Shown: positions 44,468 to 54,778 of the stretch, one piece after another
How positions within the stretch are numbered: position 1 is the first letter of the stretch
How the letters are laid out: each line of letters begins with the position of its first letter
Assembly (NCBI GenBank): GCA_034723395.1
Contig: JAYEOW010000040.1
Location: 782 to 64,781, forward strand
From: Candidatus Margulisiibacteriota bacterium
Lineage (GTDB): Bacteria; Margulisbacteria; WOR-1; O2-12-FULL-45-9
Length of the DNA stretch: 64,000 nt
Direction: 5' to 3'
Made by a program: the position numbers and the translations under genes
The notes under the pieces: generated by a model
Database searches by the model: none
Seen by the model: only the letters and a program-made list of their open reading frames with translations
Told to the model about the DNA's origin: nothing

Positions 44468-45658
44468 ATGTTGCACGGCAAGACCATCATTTTGGGTGTT
44501 TCCAGTAGTATCGCGGCCTACAAAGCTTGTGAGGTCGTTTCGCAGTTAAAAAAGCTTGGGGCAGATGTTTGGGTGACGATGACCAAAGAGTCGGCGAACT
44601 TGGTTTCCCCGCTTACCTTTCGCACCCTTTCGGGTAATCCCGTCATCCAAAATCTTTTTTCCGAAGAACTGTCGAATATTCCTGTCCCCCATATTTCATT
44701 AACCCAAAAGGCAGATCTTATGGTTATTGCTCCATGCGGTGCAAATATTTTGGGGAAGCTGGCGGGAGGGATCGCTGATGACGCGTTGACCACGATGTTT
44801 CTTGCCTCAAAAGCAAAAAAGGTGCTTGCTCCGGCAATGAATTCAAAGATGTGGAAGAATCCGATCGTCTTTCAGAACGTAGAAAAACTGAAAGTTTCGG
44901 GATATCTTTTTATAGGTCCGGAGGAAGGGATGCTGGCTTGTGGAGATGAAGATATCGGTCGGATGTCGGAACCTGCGGATATCGTTAAAAATATTATCAG
45001 TTTATTAATACCAAATCAGGATCTGGCCGGAAGGCATATTCTGGTTACCGCCGGAAGAACTCAAGAGGCGATCGATCCGGTGCGCTATATTTCAAATCGT
45101 TCTTCGGGGAAGATGGGTTATGCCCTAGCCAGGGCAGCGAGAGAGCGTGGAGCAAGCGTTACTTTGGTCTCCGGGCCTTCTAATACGAATGCTCCATTAG
45201 ACATTAAACCGGTGAAAGTTGAATCGGCCGGGGGAATGCTTGAAGCGGTACTTGATTATTATAATAACGCGGATGCTTTGATTATGGCAGCCGCAGTTTC
45301 GGATTATATTCCAACCGTGGTGAATAAAAAGCGAAAGCTTAAAAAGAATAAAAATAATCTAACGCTTGAGCTAAAACCAGCGACCGATATTCTTAAGCAG
45401 GTTTCTATACAAAAGGGGAGGAAGGGACGGATATTAGTCGGTTTTGCGCTTGAGACAGATAACCTAATCAAGAATGCCCAGAAAAAGTTGAAAGCGAAAG
45501 ATTTGGACCTGATCGTGGCTAACGATAATTCGACTTTTGATGCTGATTCAATAAAGTATTCGATCTTACATCGAGGTGGAGAGGTCGAAAATTTTCCATT
45601 ACAACCGAAAAATACCGCCGCACATACGATAATTGACCGGACCGCCACCCTCTTTTAA
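44468..45658 (+). CDS. coaBC: bifunctional phosphopantothenoylcysteine decarboxylase / phosphopantothenate-cysteine ligase
   Basis: N-terminal flavoprotein domain (ILGVSSSIAAYKA) plus a C-terminal CoaB domain, 396 aa. Confidence 0.9.
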   Translation: MLHGKTIILGVSSSIAAYKACEVVSQLKKLGADVWVTMTKESANLVSPLTFRTLSGNPVIQNLFSEELSNIPVPHISLTQKADLMVIAPCGANILGKLAGGIADDALTTMFLASKAKKVLAPAMNSKMWKNPIVFQNVEKLKVSGYLFIGPEEGMLACGDEDIGRMSEPADIVKNIISLLIPNQDLAGRHILVTAGRTQEAIDPVRYISNRSSGKMGYALARAARERGASVTLVSGPSNTNAPLDIKPVKVESAGGMLEAVLDYYNNADALIMAAAVSDYIPTVVNKKRKLKKNKNNLTLELKPATDILKQVSIQKGRKGRILVGFALETDNLIKNAQKKLKAKDLDLIVANDNSTFDADSIKYSILHRGGEVENFPLQPKNTAAHTIIDRTATLF

Positions 45659-47625
45659 TGTTTGCCGAAGTCATTCTTTCTAAAGTTACGCCTAAACTTG
45701 ATCGAATTTTTCATTATGCGGTCCCGCAAGCGCTTGAAAAATCCATCCAAATCGGGTCTCAGGTTGCGATCCCTTTTGGGAGGAGAAAAACCACCGGTTA
45801 TATTGTAGGATTTACCAGGGAAAGTGATGTTAAAGGGATCAAAAATATCGATTCTGTTATTTCTGACGCCCCTCTATTTTCGGTAAAGCAGGTTGCTCTC
45901 GCCCGGTGGATCGCTGATTATTACTGTTCGTTTTTTTCTAGCGCTTTGCAGTTGGTTATGCCGCCTGGAGGAAAGCGAAGGGCGTTAGCGGAGGCGAAGG
46001 GCGAATCGTTAGGTGAAGTGCGTAATGAGCTTCAATTAACGACGGAGCAGAGCGTTGCGTTGAAAGAGATTAAAACCGCGATTGATGCCGGGCGCCCGGA
46101 AAAGTTTTTGTTGTATGGGGTAACGGGATCCGGAAAGACGGAGGTTTATCTGCAAACGATCGCGTATCTTTTACTGAAGAATAAGAGCTCAATCGTTTTG
46201 GTCCCGGAGATTTCGTTGACTCCGCAAATGGTCCAAAGGTTTAAAGAGCGTTTTGGCGAGCAAATCGCCGTTCTGCACAGTCATCTCACGCTGAAGCAGC
46301 GGGGGATCGAGTGGGAGCGGATCGCTACGGGAGAGGCGAAAATCGTGGTCGGGGCGCGTTCGGCATTGTTTGCCCCGGTCAGTGATCTCGGCTTGATTGT
46401 GATTGATGAAGAGTATGAGAATAGCTATAAACAGGATAAGAATCCTCGTTATCACGTTCGTGAAGTTTCCTTCTTTTTAGCAAAACAGCATAATGCTATC
46501 GTAATTTTAGGTTCTGCTACACCGTCGATCGAGACTTATTACCAGGCGGAAGCAGGAGCGATTAAAAAACTGACTTTATCTAAGAGGATCGATGATCGAA
46601 AACTTCCTCCGGTCGAAGTTATCGATATGCGGCACGAAAAAAGATTTATTCTATCGCAAAAACTGAGGGATGAATTAAAAGCGACGGTCGAACGCGGCGA
46701 ACAGGCGATCCTTTTTATCAACAGGAGAGGATTTTTTACCTTTGCGATGTGCCGTGAATGCGGTTTTACGCTGCAGTGTCCGCACTGTTCGATCTCGCTT
46801 ACTTATCATGCGGGGGAGCGTAAATTGATTTGCAACCGCTGTGACTATTCAACGGATCCACCGGCTTTATGCCCGCAATGTAATAGTTCATCGATCACTT
46901 TTTTCGGAACGGGCACGCAAAGGATCGAAAAAGAGGTCGCGGATAGTATTCCAAAAGCTCGAATAATTAGATACGACCGTGATTCGGTTGCAAAACGCGG
47001 TTCGCATGAAGAATTATTTAAAACTTTTGCTGAAGGGAAGGCAGATATCCTGATCGGGACTCAAATGGTGGCAAAAGGATTGGATATTGCCAATGTAACT
47101 TTGGTTGGCGTAGTTTCCGCCGACACCGCGCTTAGACTTCCCGACTTCCGCGCGGCGGAACGCACTTTCCAGCTCTTAACCCAGGTTGCCGGCCGCGCCG
47201 GCCGCCATCATCTTCCCGGGAAAGTAATTATCCAAACTTATGATCCGGAAAACTATGCGATCCGAAGTTCGGCCAGGCATGGCTATGATGATTTCTACCA
47301 GGAAGAGATTAAGTACCGGCAAGAATTAAATTATCCTCCATATTCGAAGTTGATAAATCTGATGTTTTCGGGAAAAGAGATAAACAAAGTTAAGAAGATA
47401 GCAGAAGACGCAAAGCAGTTATTATCGAACAGGATCAAGGATGGAATTCTTGGTCCAGCGCCGGCAGTAATTACCCGATTGCGCGGCAGCTGGCGTTATC
47501 AAATTCTTCTTAAAGGGGAGAATTTGGAAAAACTGCGGGAAGCGGTTAATGGATCATTGGCGAAACTGATCATTCCCGTTGAGATTAGGTTAACCATCGA
47601 CGTTGAGCCGATGGGGATGTTATAA
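45658..47625 (+). CDS. priA: primosomal protein N' (replication restart helicase)
   Basis: Walker A GVTGSGKTEVY, DEEY box and a Cys-rich zinc-binding insertion (CRECGFTLQCPHCS...CNRC...CPQC), 655 aa. Confidence 0.9.
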   Translation: MFAEVILSKVTPKLDRIFHYAVPQALEKSIQIGSQVAIPFGRRKTTGYIVGFTRESDVKGIKNIDSVISDAPLFSVKQVALARWIADYYCSFFSSALQLVMPPGGKRRALAEAKGESLGEVRNELQLTTEQSVALKEIKTAIDAGRPEKFLLYGVTGSGKTEVYLQTIAYLLLKNKSSIVLVPEISLTPQMVQRFKERFGEQIAVLHSHLTLKQRGIEWERIATGEAKIVVGARSALFAPVSDLGLIVIDEEYENSYKQDKNPRYHVREVSFFLAKQHNAIVILGSATPSIETYYQAEAGAIKKLTLSKRIDDRKLPPVEVIDMRHEKRFILSQKLRDELKATVERGEQAILFINRRGFFTFAMCRECGFTLQCPHCSISLTYHAGERKLICNRCDYSTDPPALCPQCNSSSITFFGTGTQRIEKEVADSIPKARIIRYDRDSVAKRGSHEELFKTFAEGKADILIGTQMVAKGLDIANVTLVGVVSADTALRLPDFRAAERTFQLLTQVAGRAGRHHLPGKVIIQTYDPENYAIRSSARHGYDDFYQEEIKYRQELNYPPYSKLINLMFSGKEINKVKKIAEDAKQLLSNRIKDGILGPAPAVITRLRGSWRYQILLKGENLEKLREAVNGSLAKLIIPVEIRLTIDVEPMGML

Positions 47626-47631
47626 TTTGTT

Positions 47632-48123
47632 ATGATTCGAAAAATATTAAGATTCCCAGATCCAGTACTTCGCAAAAAAGCAAAATCGGTTAAAAGGGTT
47701 ACACCTGAAATTGTCAAGTTAATCGATTCGATGCTGGAAACAATGTATGCTGCTCCTGGAATTGGTCTAGCAGCTCCTCAAATTGGAGAATCGCTCCGCA
47801 TTATTGTTACTGATATTGGAGATGGGCCGATTTCTATGCTTAATCCAGAGATTGTAAGCAAAAATGGAGCCCAAACTATCACCGAAGGGTGCCTTTCAGT
47901 TCCTGGAGTAGAAGCGCCGGTTGAGCGGGCTTCCCACGTAGTTATAAAGGGGCTGGACAGGAAGGGGGAAAGTGTTAAAATCGAGGCAGCGGGGCTAATG
48001 GCTACCGTTTTTCAGCACGAAATCGATCACTTAGACGGGATGGTTTTTATCGATCGGGTAAAGGATCCGAGCTTGATCCAGCATGTGGCATTTAGATCAG
48101 AAAAGCGGGAGGAACTAATATGA
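47632..48123 (+). CDS. def: peptide deformylase
   Basis: GIGLAAPQIG, EGCLSVPG and HEIDHLDG motifs, 163 aa. Confidence 0.9.
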   Translation: MIRKILRFPDPVLRKKAKSVKRVTPEIVKLIDSMLETMYAAPGIGLAAPQIGESLRIIVTDIGDGPISMLNPEIVSKNGAQTITEGCLSVPGVEAPVERASHVVIKGLDRKGESVKIEAAGLMATVFQHEIDHLDGMVFIDRVKDPSLIQHVAFRSEKREELI

Positions 48124-48503
48124 GAAAAATCAAAAATCCAAAATCTAAAATCCAAACATGGTTAAATTATTTAATTATATTTACATTGTTGGGATTTGGG
48201 ATTTTGTCATTGGGATTTAATGAAGCCCATGCCCAGACGGGGCCGCCGTACAGCTATCGTTTTCCAAAAGCTCCTGCATCCTGGGGGAACGCGGTGGATT
48301 TTGGTAACTTATCTCCCGGGTTTTTCCAGGTAATGTTCCAAAACCGGGCGGGCATCGTCCGCATCGCGACCTACGGAATTGTCGGCGCGTCGATGGATAA
48401 ACTGAGAGATCCGCAGCTAATGATGGTGTTTGCCTTCAATAAACCAAATGTTGTGTCAGAAGAGATCTGGCTGGATAAAGAAGCGGTAAGCGGTAATGAA
48501 TAG
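48120..48503 (+). CDS. secreted hypothetical protein
   Basis: Signal anchor only, no recognisable domain, 127 aa. Confidence 0.3.
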   Translation: MRKIKNPKSKIQTWLNYLIIFTLLGFGILSLGFNEAHAQTGPPYSYRFPKAPASWGNAVDFGNLSPGFFQVMFQNRAGIVRIATYGIVGASMDKLRDPQLMMVFAFNKPNVVSEEIWLDKEAVSGNE

Positions 48504-48741
48504 AACTTTATTGATAGCTTGCTGTTTCATTATTCTGCCTGGTGTGGTTTTTGCCCAGGCGCCGGAATTTAGATATGAACCACCTGGGAAAATATTGTAC
48601 TGGGCGCCGCCTCCCGAATTTGTAATTACCGATAAGGAATGGTCTCCACCTCCCGGGTTTGAGGAGTATGCCCAGCCTTGGGGAGCGCCTCCCGATTGGG
48701 GAGCTCCAGAAGAGTGGGGGACCGAAACGGAGTTTGAATAA
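48496..48741 (+). CDS. secreted proline-rich small protein
   Basis: Signal peptide then PPPEF/PPPGF/PPDWGAPEEWG repeats, 81 aa. Confidence 0.3.
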   Translation: MNRTLLIACCFIILPGVVFAQAPEFRYEPPGKILYWAPPPEFVITDKEWSPPPGFEEYAQPWGAPPDWGAPEEWGTETEFE

Positions 48742-48746
48742 AGCAA

Positions 48747-51206
48747 ATGATGAGCGAACAGCCGGTGGTAGGGTATGTTCCTGCTCCAATAATAGAGCTG
48801 CATAGCGGGGTCCTTTTTAATGTCGCAATCGGATTATTGGTTTTTCTATGCTCCATATTTGCTGCCTGGGTAATTTTAACTCGCTGCGATAAAACATCCG
48901 GTAAAAATCTGTTCGTCTTGTTCCTTGCCTCTCTTGGCCTGTATTGGCTGCTGATCTCGGTTGGTAATATTTACCAGTTTTTGAACCTGCTTGAATATAT
49001 TCCATGGATAGCTTATCTGATAAAGGGGATTTCGATATTGCCGTTTGTTTTGCTCGCCTATTATCTATGCACGCAACTATTTGAAAATGAGTTCTTAGTC
49101 GGCGCCGGAACTTTTATCTATTTTCTGGTCTGTTCGGCCTATGTTTATATGACTATAACTGTTGATGGGACAGCAAATACAGCGACTTATTGGGGAGTTC
49201 AATGGCAAGTTAGCGGGATGGCCCTTGAGCTATTTAGAAATGGATTAATCCTCCCTTTAGTGATTGCGGCCGGTTTTTTGCTCCTAGAAAATCTTTATTC
49301 GCTGGTCATCGAAAGAATCCCGGTAAATATTTCCCTCTATTTAGCCTCACTTGTTTTTATATTTGTAGAATTTATTCAAACCGGAGCAAAAGAGGTTAGC
49401 TGGGAGGGGGTTCTCTCCCGCCTTGCTTATGTTTTTATCGTACTTTTAGTTTATATATATTATGTTGAAATGCAAAAAGGGAGTAAGTTTGTCGATCGGG
49501 AAGAAAATGTCGTCTATCGGCGAATGCCGCGGATACCCTATTTTGTAAAGTTATTGTTGATTTTTATTGTTATATCATTAATCCCAATTACGATTTCATC
49601 TTTGCTGATATTTGTGTCGTTTAAGGAGATCATAGACCTCTATATCTATAAACCACTGCTTTGGAACTTAAAAGTATCGCGCGAGGCTTTTCTGGCCGCC
49701 CTTTCAAGCATTCAGATACAGGCGATTTTTCTTATGCTCTTAACCGGGACAATAGTCCTAGTCGTCTCGGTAATCGTTTCGAGGTCAATATCCCGTTCTC
49801 TAGGGACGATTTCCAAGGGGATGGATAAGCTTTCCAGGGGTGATTACAGCTTTAAGATACGCCGGGATAGCAATGATGAAGTTGGCGACCTGATCAATTA
49901 TTTCAATGATATGTCGGCCCAGATCAAACGCTCCCGCGAGTTGGTCGAAGCTTGGAATAAAGAGCTGGAGAAGAAAGTTGCCGAGCGGACCGAAGATCTC
50001 AGGGCCTTATTTAACATATCAAAATCGATCGGGTCGAGCTTAGATATCGAATTACTATTTAGCAAAACAATGGAGCAGCTGCTGCCGATCTTGAAGGTAA
50101 ATGTTTATGCCATGCTGATGGCAGGTGAGAAAGGGAGTTTTACTGTCCGCTTTAGCCAGGGGGTAAAAGAACTTCCGGAGAAGGTAGAAGTGCAAACCGG
50201 TATCTTGGGCGAGGCCTGTTCCAAAAATGAGATCATCTTTTCCGAAAACGTTTTAGATGATCCGCGCTGTAAGGGCGATTTTTATAAAAAACTGGGACTG
50301 AGAAGTATTATTATTGTCCCATTACGGGCAAAGGGGAATACACGGGGGATCCTCTGTCTGGGGACAAAAGAATATCACAAATTTTCAAAAGAGAGGGACG
50401 TAAACCTGCTTTCGACCATCTCTGACCAGTTGGCGATTGCGCTTGAAAATGCGGGGATTTACGAAAAAGAAAAGGCGGCGGTTGAAAGATTGACCCAGTT
50501 GGACGTAATGAAGAATGAGTTTATCTCGATGGTCTCCCACGAATTAAGGACGCCGATAACCGCAGTTGATGGCTACATTTCGCTCTTTTTAAACGGGACC
50601 TTAGGGGCGCTTACCGAAGACCAGAAAAAGTATTTAAGCATGGTCAAAGATAACGGGCAGCGTCTTTTAAATATCATTAACCGCCTGCTCGATTTTTCAC
50701 TGATCGAAGCGAGCCGTTTTAAGATCGCAAAAGAGCTGGTGTCGATGGATGATATTTTATATACCGTTGAAGCGGTGGTAAAGCCGATAATTATAAAATA
50801 TAAAGCAGAATTTAAGATGAATTTAAAAGCAAAAAACGATAAGTTTATGGGAGATCGCAATAAGATGATCGAGGTCCTGGTAAATTTGATCGAAAATGCC
50901 CTGAAGTTTACAGTGGAAAATGAAGCGCCCAAGATCGAGGCTTCCACAAAAAACACGGGAGATTATCTTCGGGTTGAGGTGGCAGATAAAGGGATAGGGA
51001 TAGAAAAAGAGTATTTCGAGAAGGTGTTTAATAAATACTATCAGGTTGAGGATACAATGACCCGCAAAGCAGGGGGGGTAGGGCTTGGACTTGCCATTGT
51101 TAAAGAGGTCATTGCTGGTCATAAAGGAAAGATCTGGATCGAATCTGGTGGAAAAGGGAAGGGGTCAAAATTTATTTTCGAGGTCCCTGTAGCGGAGAAA
51201 ATATAA
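48747..51206 (+). CDS. multi-TM sensor histidine kinase (membrane domain - HAMP - GAF - HisKA - HATPase)
   Basis: At least eight N-terminal TM helices, a HAMP-like linker, a GAF region, the H-box SHELRTPIT and the G-box GGVGLGLAIVK, 819 aa. Confidence 0.8.
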   Translation: MMSEQPVVGYVPAPIIELHSGVLFNVAIGLLVFLCSIFAAWVILTRCDKTSGKNLFVLFLASLGLYWLLISVGNIYQFLNLLEYIPWIAYLIKGISILPFVLLAYYLCTQLFENEFLVGAGTFIYFLVCSAYVYMTITVDGTANTATYWGVQWQVSGMALELFRNGLILPLVIAAGFLLLENLYSLVIERIPVNISLYLASLVFIFVEFIQTGAKEVSWEGVLSRLAYVFIVLLVYIYYVEMQKGSKFVDREENVVYRRMPRIPYFVKLLLIFIVISLIPITISSLLIFVSFKEIIDLYIYKPLLWNLKVSREAFLAALSSIQIQAIFLMLLTGTIVLVVSVIVSRSISRSLGTISKGMDKLSRGDYSFKIRRDSNDEVGDLINYFNDMSAQIKRSRELVEAWNKELEKKVAERTEDLRALFNISKSIGSSLDIELLFSKTMEQLLPILKVNVYAMLMAGEKGSFTVRFSQGVKELPEKVEVQTGILGEACSKNEIIFSENVLDDPRCKGDFYKKLGLRSIIIVPLRAKGNTRGILCLGTKEYHKFSKERDVNLLSTISDQLAIALENAGIYEKEKAAVERLTQLDVMKNEFISMVSHELRTPITAVDGYISLFLNGTLGALTEDQKKYLSMVKDNGQRLLNIINRLLDFSLIEASRFKIAKELVSMDDILYTVEAVVKPIIIKYKAEFKMNLKAKNDKFMGDRNKMIEVLVNLIENALKFTVENEAPKIEASTKNTGDYLRVEVADKGIGIEKEYFEKVFNKYYQVEDTMTRKAGGVGLGLAIVKEVIAGHKGKIWIESGGKGKGSKFIFEVPVAEKI

Positions 51207-51207
51207 A

Positions 51208-52143
51208 ATGAAGATAGTGTTCATGGGAACTCCCTCTCCCGCGGCGGAGATCCTAACCAAGTTAATTAAAAAGAAGTACCAGATCCTTTGTGTGATCACC
51301 CAGCCCGACCGACCCAAAGGGAGAGGGCAAAAGTTATCTTTCTCTCCGGTAAAAGAGGTGGCATTAAAACACGGGCTTCCGATTGAGCAGCCGGAAAAGG
51401 TGAAGGGAGATAAGGCATTTGCTGCCTTTATTAAGGCGTTGAATCCGGAGGCGATCGTAGTTGTGGCTTATGGGAAAATCCTGCCTAAAGAGATTTTAGA
51501 GATCCCCCAAAAAGGGTGTCTTAATGTTCACGCTTCTTTGCTCCCGAAATATCGCGGGGCTGCCCCGGTGCAGTGGGCGATCTTAAAAGGGGAAGAAGAA
51601 ACGGGAGTAACAGTGATGAAGCTGGATGAACTTTTGGATACCGGGGACATCCTTCTCCAAAAAAAAGTTAGGATCAGTGAGGATGATACGACGATAACTT
51701 TGATGGATCGTCTTTTTAGTGCGGGGGGGAAGCTTTTGATCGAGGCGTTGGAGAAAAAAGTAAAGCCGACCAAACAAAATGATGCCGAAGCGACCTATGC
51801 GCCGATGCTGGCAAAGGAGAGCGGGGAGATCGACTGGCGAAAAAGCGCCAGGGAAATCCATGATCGGGTGAGGGCCTTGATCCCGTGGCCGGCCGCACAC
51901 ACTTTTTATAAAGAAAAATTGTTAAAAATATTAAAAACAGAGTTACATGTTTTGGATCTTGAGTTAAAACGCCAGGAACCCGGCACGATTATTGAGATTA
52001 TAAAGAATGTCGGTTTTATCGTCGCTACGGGAAAAGGGGATCTGCTGATCAAAGAGGTACAACCGGCGGGGAAAAAGGGGATGGGGGCATATAATTTTGC
52101 TATCGGCCACGACTTGAAAAGTAACGAAACCCTTCCAAATTAA
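51208..52143 (+). CDS. fmt: methionyl-tRNA formyltransferase
   Basis: KIVFMGTP...ITQPDRPKGRG and HASLLPKYRGAAP motifs, 311 aa. Confidence 0.9.
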   Translation: MKIVFMGTPSPAAEILTKLIKKKYQILCVITQPDRPKGRGQKLSFSPVKEVALKHGLPIEQPEKVKGDKAFAAFIKALNPEAIVVVAYGKILPKEILEIPQKGCLNVHASLLPKYRGAAPVQWAILKGEEETGVTVMKLDELLDTGDILLQKKVRISEDDTTITLMDRLFSAGGKLLIEALEKKVKPTKQNDAEATYAPMLAKESGEIDWRKSAREIHDRVRALIPWPAAHTFYKEKLLKILKTELHVLDLELKRQEPGTIIEIIKNVGFIVATGKGDLLIKEVQPAGKKGMGAYNFAIGHDLKSNETLPN

Positions 52144-52161
52144 GGGAAAAATCATCCCTTG

Positions 52162-52179
52162 ACACCCCAGATATGGTGT
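52162..52179. promoter_or_regulatory. candidate NrdR box upstream of nrdR-nrdD-nrdD
   Basis: ACACCCCAGATATGGTGT is an imperfect palindrome (ACACC-n8-GGTGT, ATAT core) about 40 nt upstream of the nrdR ATG, between putative -35/-10 elements. Only one box was found. Confidence 0.3.
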
Positions 52180-52218
52180 AGTAACCTTCTTGCACGCTCT
52201 AAATAAGGGGTTTGAGGA

Positions 52219-52674
52219 ATGAAGTGTCCATTTTGTCAAAACATTGAAGATAAGGTGCTGGAATCGCGTGAAACGGATGACGGAAACGCGATTCGCCGGC
52301 GACGTGAATGCCTGTCATGCAGGGGCCGCTTTACCTCTTATGAGCGGTTAGAAGAGAAGCCGATCTTGGTAATGAAGCGCGATGGAAGGCGCGAACAGTT
52401 TAGCCGGGAGAAGATCCGCAAAGGGGTTATGCGCGCCTGCGAAAAAAGGCCGGTATCCGCAGATGCGGTAGACAGTATGGTTGATGAGATCGAAAGGGAT
52501 ATCCACCGGGAGGCGGGGAGAGAGGTTCTTAGTTCTAAAGTCGGAGAGATGGTGATGGATAAGCTCCAGGCGGCAGACAAGATCGCCTATATCCGCTTTG
52601 CTTCGGTCTATCGAAAATTTGAGGACCTTTCAGAATTTATCAAAGAGGTAAAAGAAATTACAATAGGGGGATAG
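52219..52674 (+). CDS. nrdR: transcriptional repressor NrdR
   Basis: MKCPFCQ...CLSC zinc ribbon plus an ATP-cone, 151 aa. Confidence 0.9.
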   Translation: MKCPFCQNIEDKVLESRETDDGNAIRRRRECLSCRGRFTSYERLEEKPILVMKRDGRREQFSREKIRKGVMRACEKRPVSADAVDSMVDEIERDIHREAGREVLSSKVGEMVMDKLQAADKIAYIRFASVYRKFEDLSEFIKEVKEITIGG

Positions 52675-52678
52675 TAAA

Positions 52679-54778
52679 ATGGAAGTACAAACCACAGTAA
52701 AACCAAAAATAAAAGATGACGCCACAGACCTGGCGTTATTTGTCAGGACTTCGGATGAAGATATTAAAGGTTGGAAGCGGAGTAAGATTGTCGACGCGCT
52801 GGTCCGTGAAACAAATATCGACCGCGAGATGGCTGATCTGATCGGGGAAGAGGTCGAAGAGCAGATCAAGCGCTTGAACTTAAGAACGGTTACCGCTCCA
52901 CTGGTTCGAGAACTTGTCGACGTCAAACTATTAGAGCACGGATTAGAAGAGGCGCGCCGGCGCCATACCCGCCTGGGCCTGCCGATCTTCGATGTAAAGG
53001 AGATTATCCTCAACCAGAATAAAGAGAACGCTAATGTCCCGCATGGGCCGGAAGCGACCAACTTAACCCTTTCAGAAGGGATTAAAAAAGAATTTGCCCT
53101 GCTTCATGTTTTTACCCAGGATATTGCCGATGCGCATATGCGGGGAGATATCCACCTGCACGACCTGGGTTTTATCGATCGCCCGTACTGCAGTGGACAA
53201 TCGGTTGAATATGTCAAGAAATTTGGATTGGACCTGCCTAACGCTTTGTCACAGGCCCGCCCGGCAAAACATGCTGAGGTTCTTTTGGCGCAAATGGTAA
53301 AGTTTTCTGCCGCTCTCCAGGGGGTATTTGCCGGAGCGATCGGTTGGGATGCGGTCAATATCTTCTTTGCCCCATTTCTGGTCGGGGCGACCGATAAAGA
53401 GGTCCACCAGCTCGCCCAGATGATGATTTATGAATACAGCCAGCAAGCAGTGGCGCGCGGCGGCCAGGCGATCTTTTCGGACATTAATCTCTACTGGGAG
53501 GTACCTAAACATTTTGAGAAAGTAAGGGCGATTGGCCCGGGGGGAGAATACACCGGGAAGACCTATGCCGATTATATCGAAGAGTCACAGCGTTTTGCAT
53601 GGGCCCTGTTTGATGTGTATAAAGAGGGGGATGGATCGGGCCGTCCGTTCTTTTTTCCGAAACCGTTGGTCCACATGACCGAGAAGTTCTTTAAAACTCC
53701 GCGCCACGAAGAGTTCTTAAGGCATATCTCAGAGGTTGCTACCGAGATGGGGAATACCTATTTTGTTTTCGACCGGGGAGATACCGCTAAGATATCCGAA
53801 TGCTGCCGTTTATCATTTAAGCTCGAAAAATCGGACCTTGATGACGCGGCAGAGCCGTGGAGGATGCGTTATTCTGCGCTGCAAAATGTTACCGTTAATT
53901 TGCCCCGCGTCGCTTTTAAGGCGAAGGGCTCAGAGAAAAGGCTGTTTGATATCCTGGGGGAAAATCTGGAATTATGCGCGCAGGCTCATATCCAGAAGAA
54001 AAAGTTTATCGAAGATATCCTGGAAAAAGGCCAGCACGGCCCGCTCTCGATGCTGGCGATGAAAAGGGATGGGCAGCGTTATCTTAGGATGTGGCGGGTA
54101 AGTTATCTGATGGGGATCCTCGGATTAAACGAACTGGTCCAATCGCATTTAGGGAAAGAGATGCACGAGACGCCCGCGACCCTTAAATTCGGCCTAAAAG
54201 TGGTCTCTTATATGAAGATAAAATGTGAAGAGCTTTCCAAAAAATACAATATGCAGTTTGTTTTAGAACAGACCCCGGCCGAATCAACTGCTTACCGTTT
54301 TGCCAAGCTTGATATGGAGCATTTTCCGGAACAGGCCGATAAAGTTATAAAAGGGGATAAGGCGACCCGGGAGATGTATTATACGAACTCTACCTACTTT
54401 AACGTTTCCCACCAGATGAATCCGGTCGATCGGGTAAAACAAGAAGGATTATTCCATCCGTTGATCGATGCGGGGGCATTGACCCATGTTTGGCTGGGAG
54501 AGTCAAAGCCGAGCCCGGAATCAGTGGCTAACTTTGTAATAAAAACGTTCAAAAATACCGATAACGCGCAGATTGCCTTCTCTCCCGAATTTACCTCCTG
54601 TAATCAATGCGGGAAGATCTCACGCGGACTGAATGATAAATGTTCTTACTGTTCTTCAGATGATATTGAGGGGATCACCCGTATTACCGGATATTTTTCA
54701 CGGATAAGCGGTTGGAACAAGGGGAAGCTCGGCGAGCTCAAAGATAGATTTCGCAGCCAGGAGTACTTTAGCAAATGA
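52679..54778 (+). CDS. nrdD: anaerobic ribonucleoside-triphosphate reductase (class III), copy 1
   Basis: N-terminal ATP-cone, C-terminal zinc ribbon CNQCGK...CSYCSS and the glycyl-radical loop TRITGYFSR, 699 aa. Confidence 0.8.
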   Translation: MEVQTTVKPKIKDDATDLALFVRTSDEDIKGWKRSKIVDALVRETNIDREMADLIGEEVEEQIKRLNLRTVTAPLVRELVDVKLLEHGLEEARRRHTRLGLPIFDVKEIILNQNKENANVPHGPEATNLTLSEGIKKEFALLHVFTQDIADAHMRGDIHLHDLGFIDRPYCSGQSVEYVKKFGLDLPNALSQARPAKHAEVLLAQMVKFSAALQGVFAGAIGWDAVNIFFAPFLVGATDKEVHQLAQMMIYEYSQQAVARGGQAIFSDINLYWEVPKHFEKVRAIGPGGEYTGKTYADYIEESQRFAWALFDVYKEGDGSGRPFFFPKPLVHMTEKFFKTPRHEEFLRHISEVATEMGNTYFVFDRGDTAKISECCRLSFKLEKSDLDDAAEPWRMRYSALQNVTVNLPRVAFKAKGSEKRLFDILGENLELCAQAHIQKKKFIEDILEKGQHGPLSMLAMKRDGQRYLRMWRVSYLMGILGLNELVQSHLGKEMHETPATLKFGLKVVSYMKIKCEELSKKYNMQFVLEQTPAESTAYRFAKLDMEHFPEQADKVIKGDKATREMYYTNSTYFNVSHQMNPVDRVKQEGLFHPLIDAGALTHVWLGESKPSPESVANFVIKTFKNTDNAQIAFSPEFTSCNQCGKISRGLNDKCSYCSSDDIEGITRITGYFSRISGWNKGKLGELKDRFRSQEYFSK

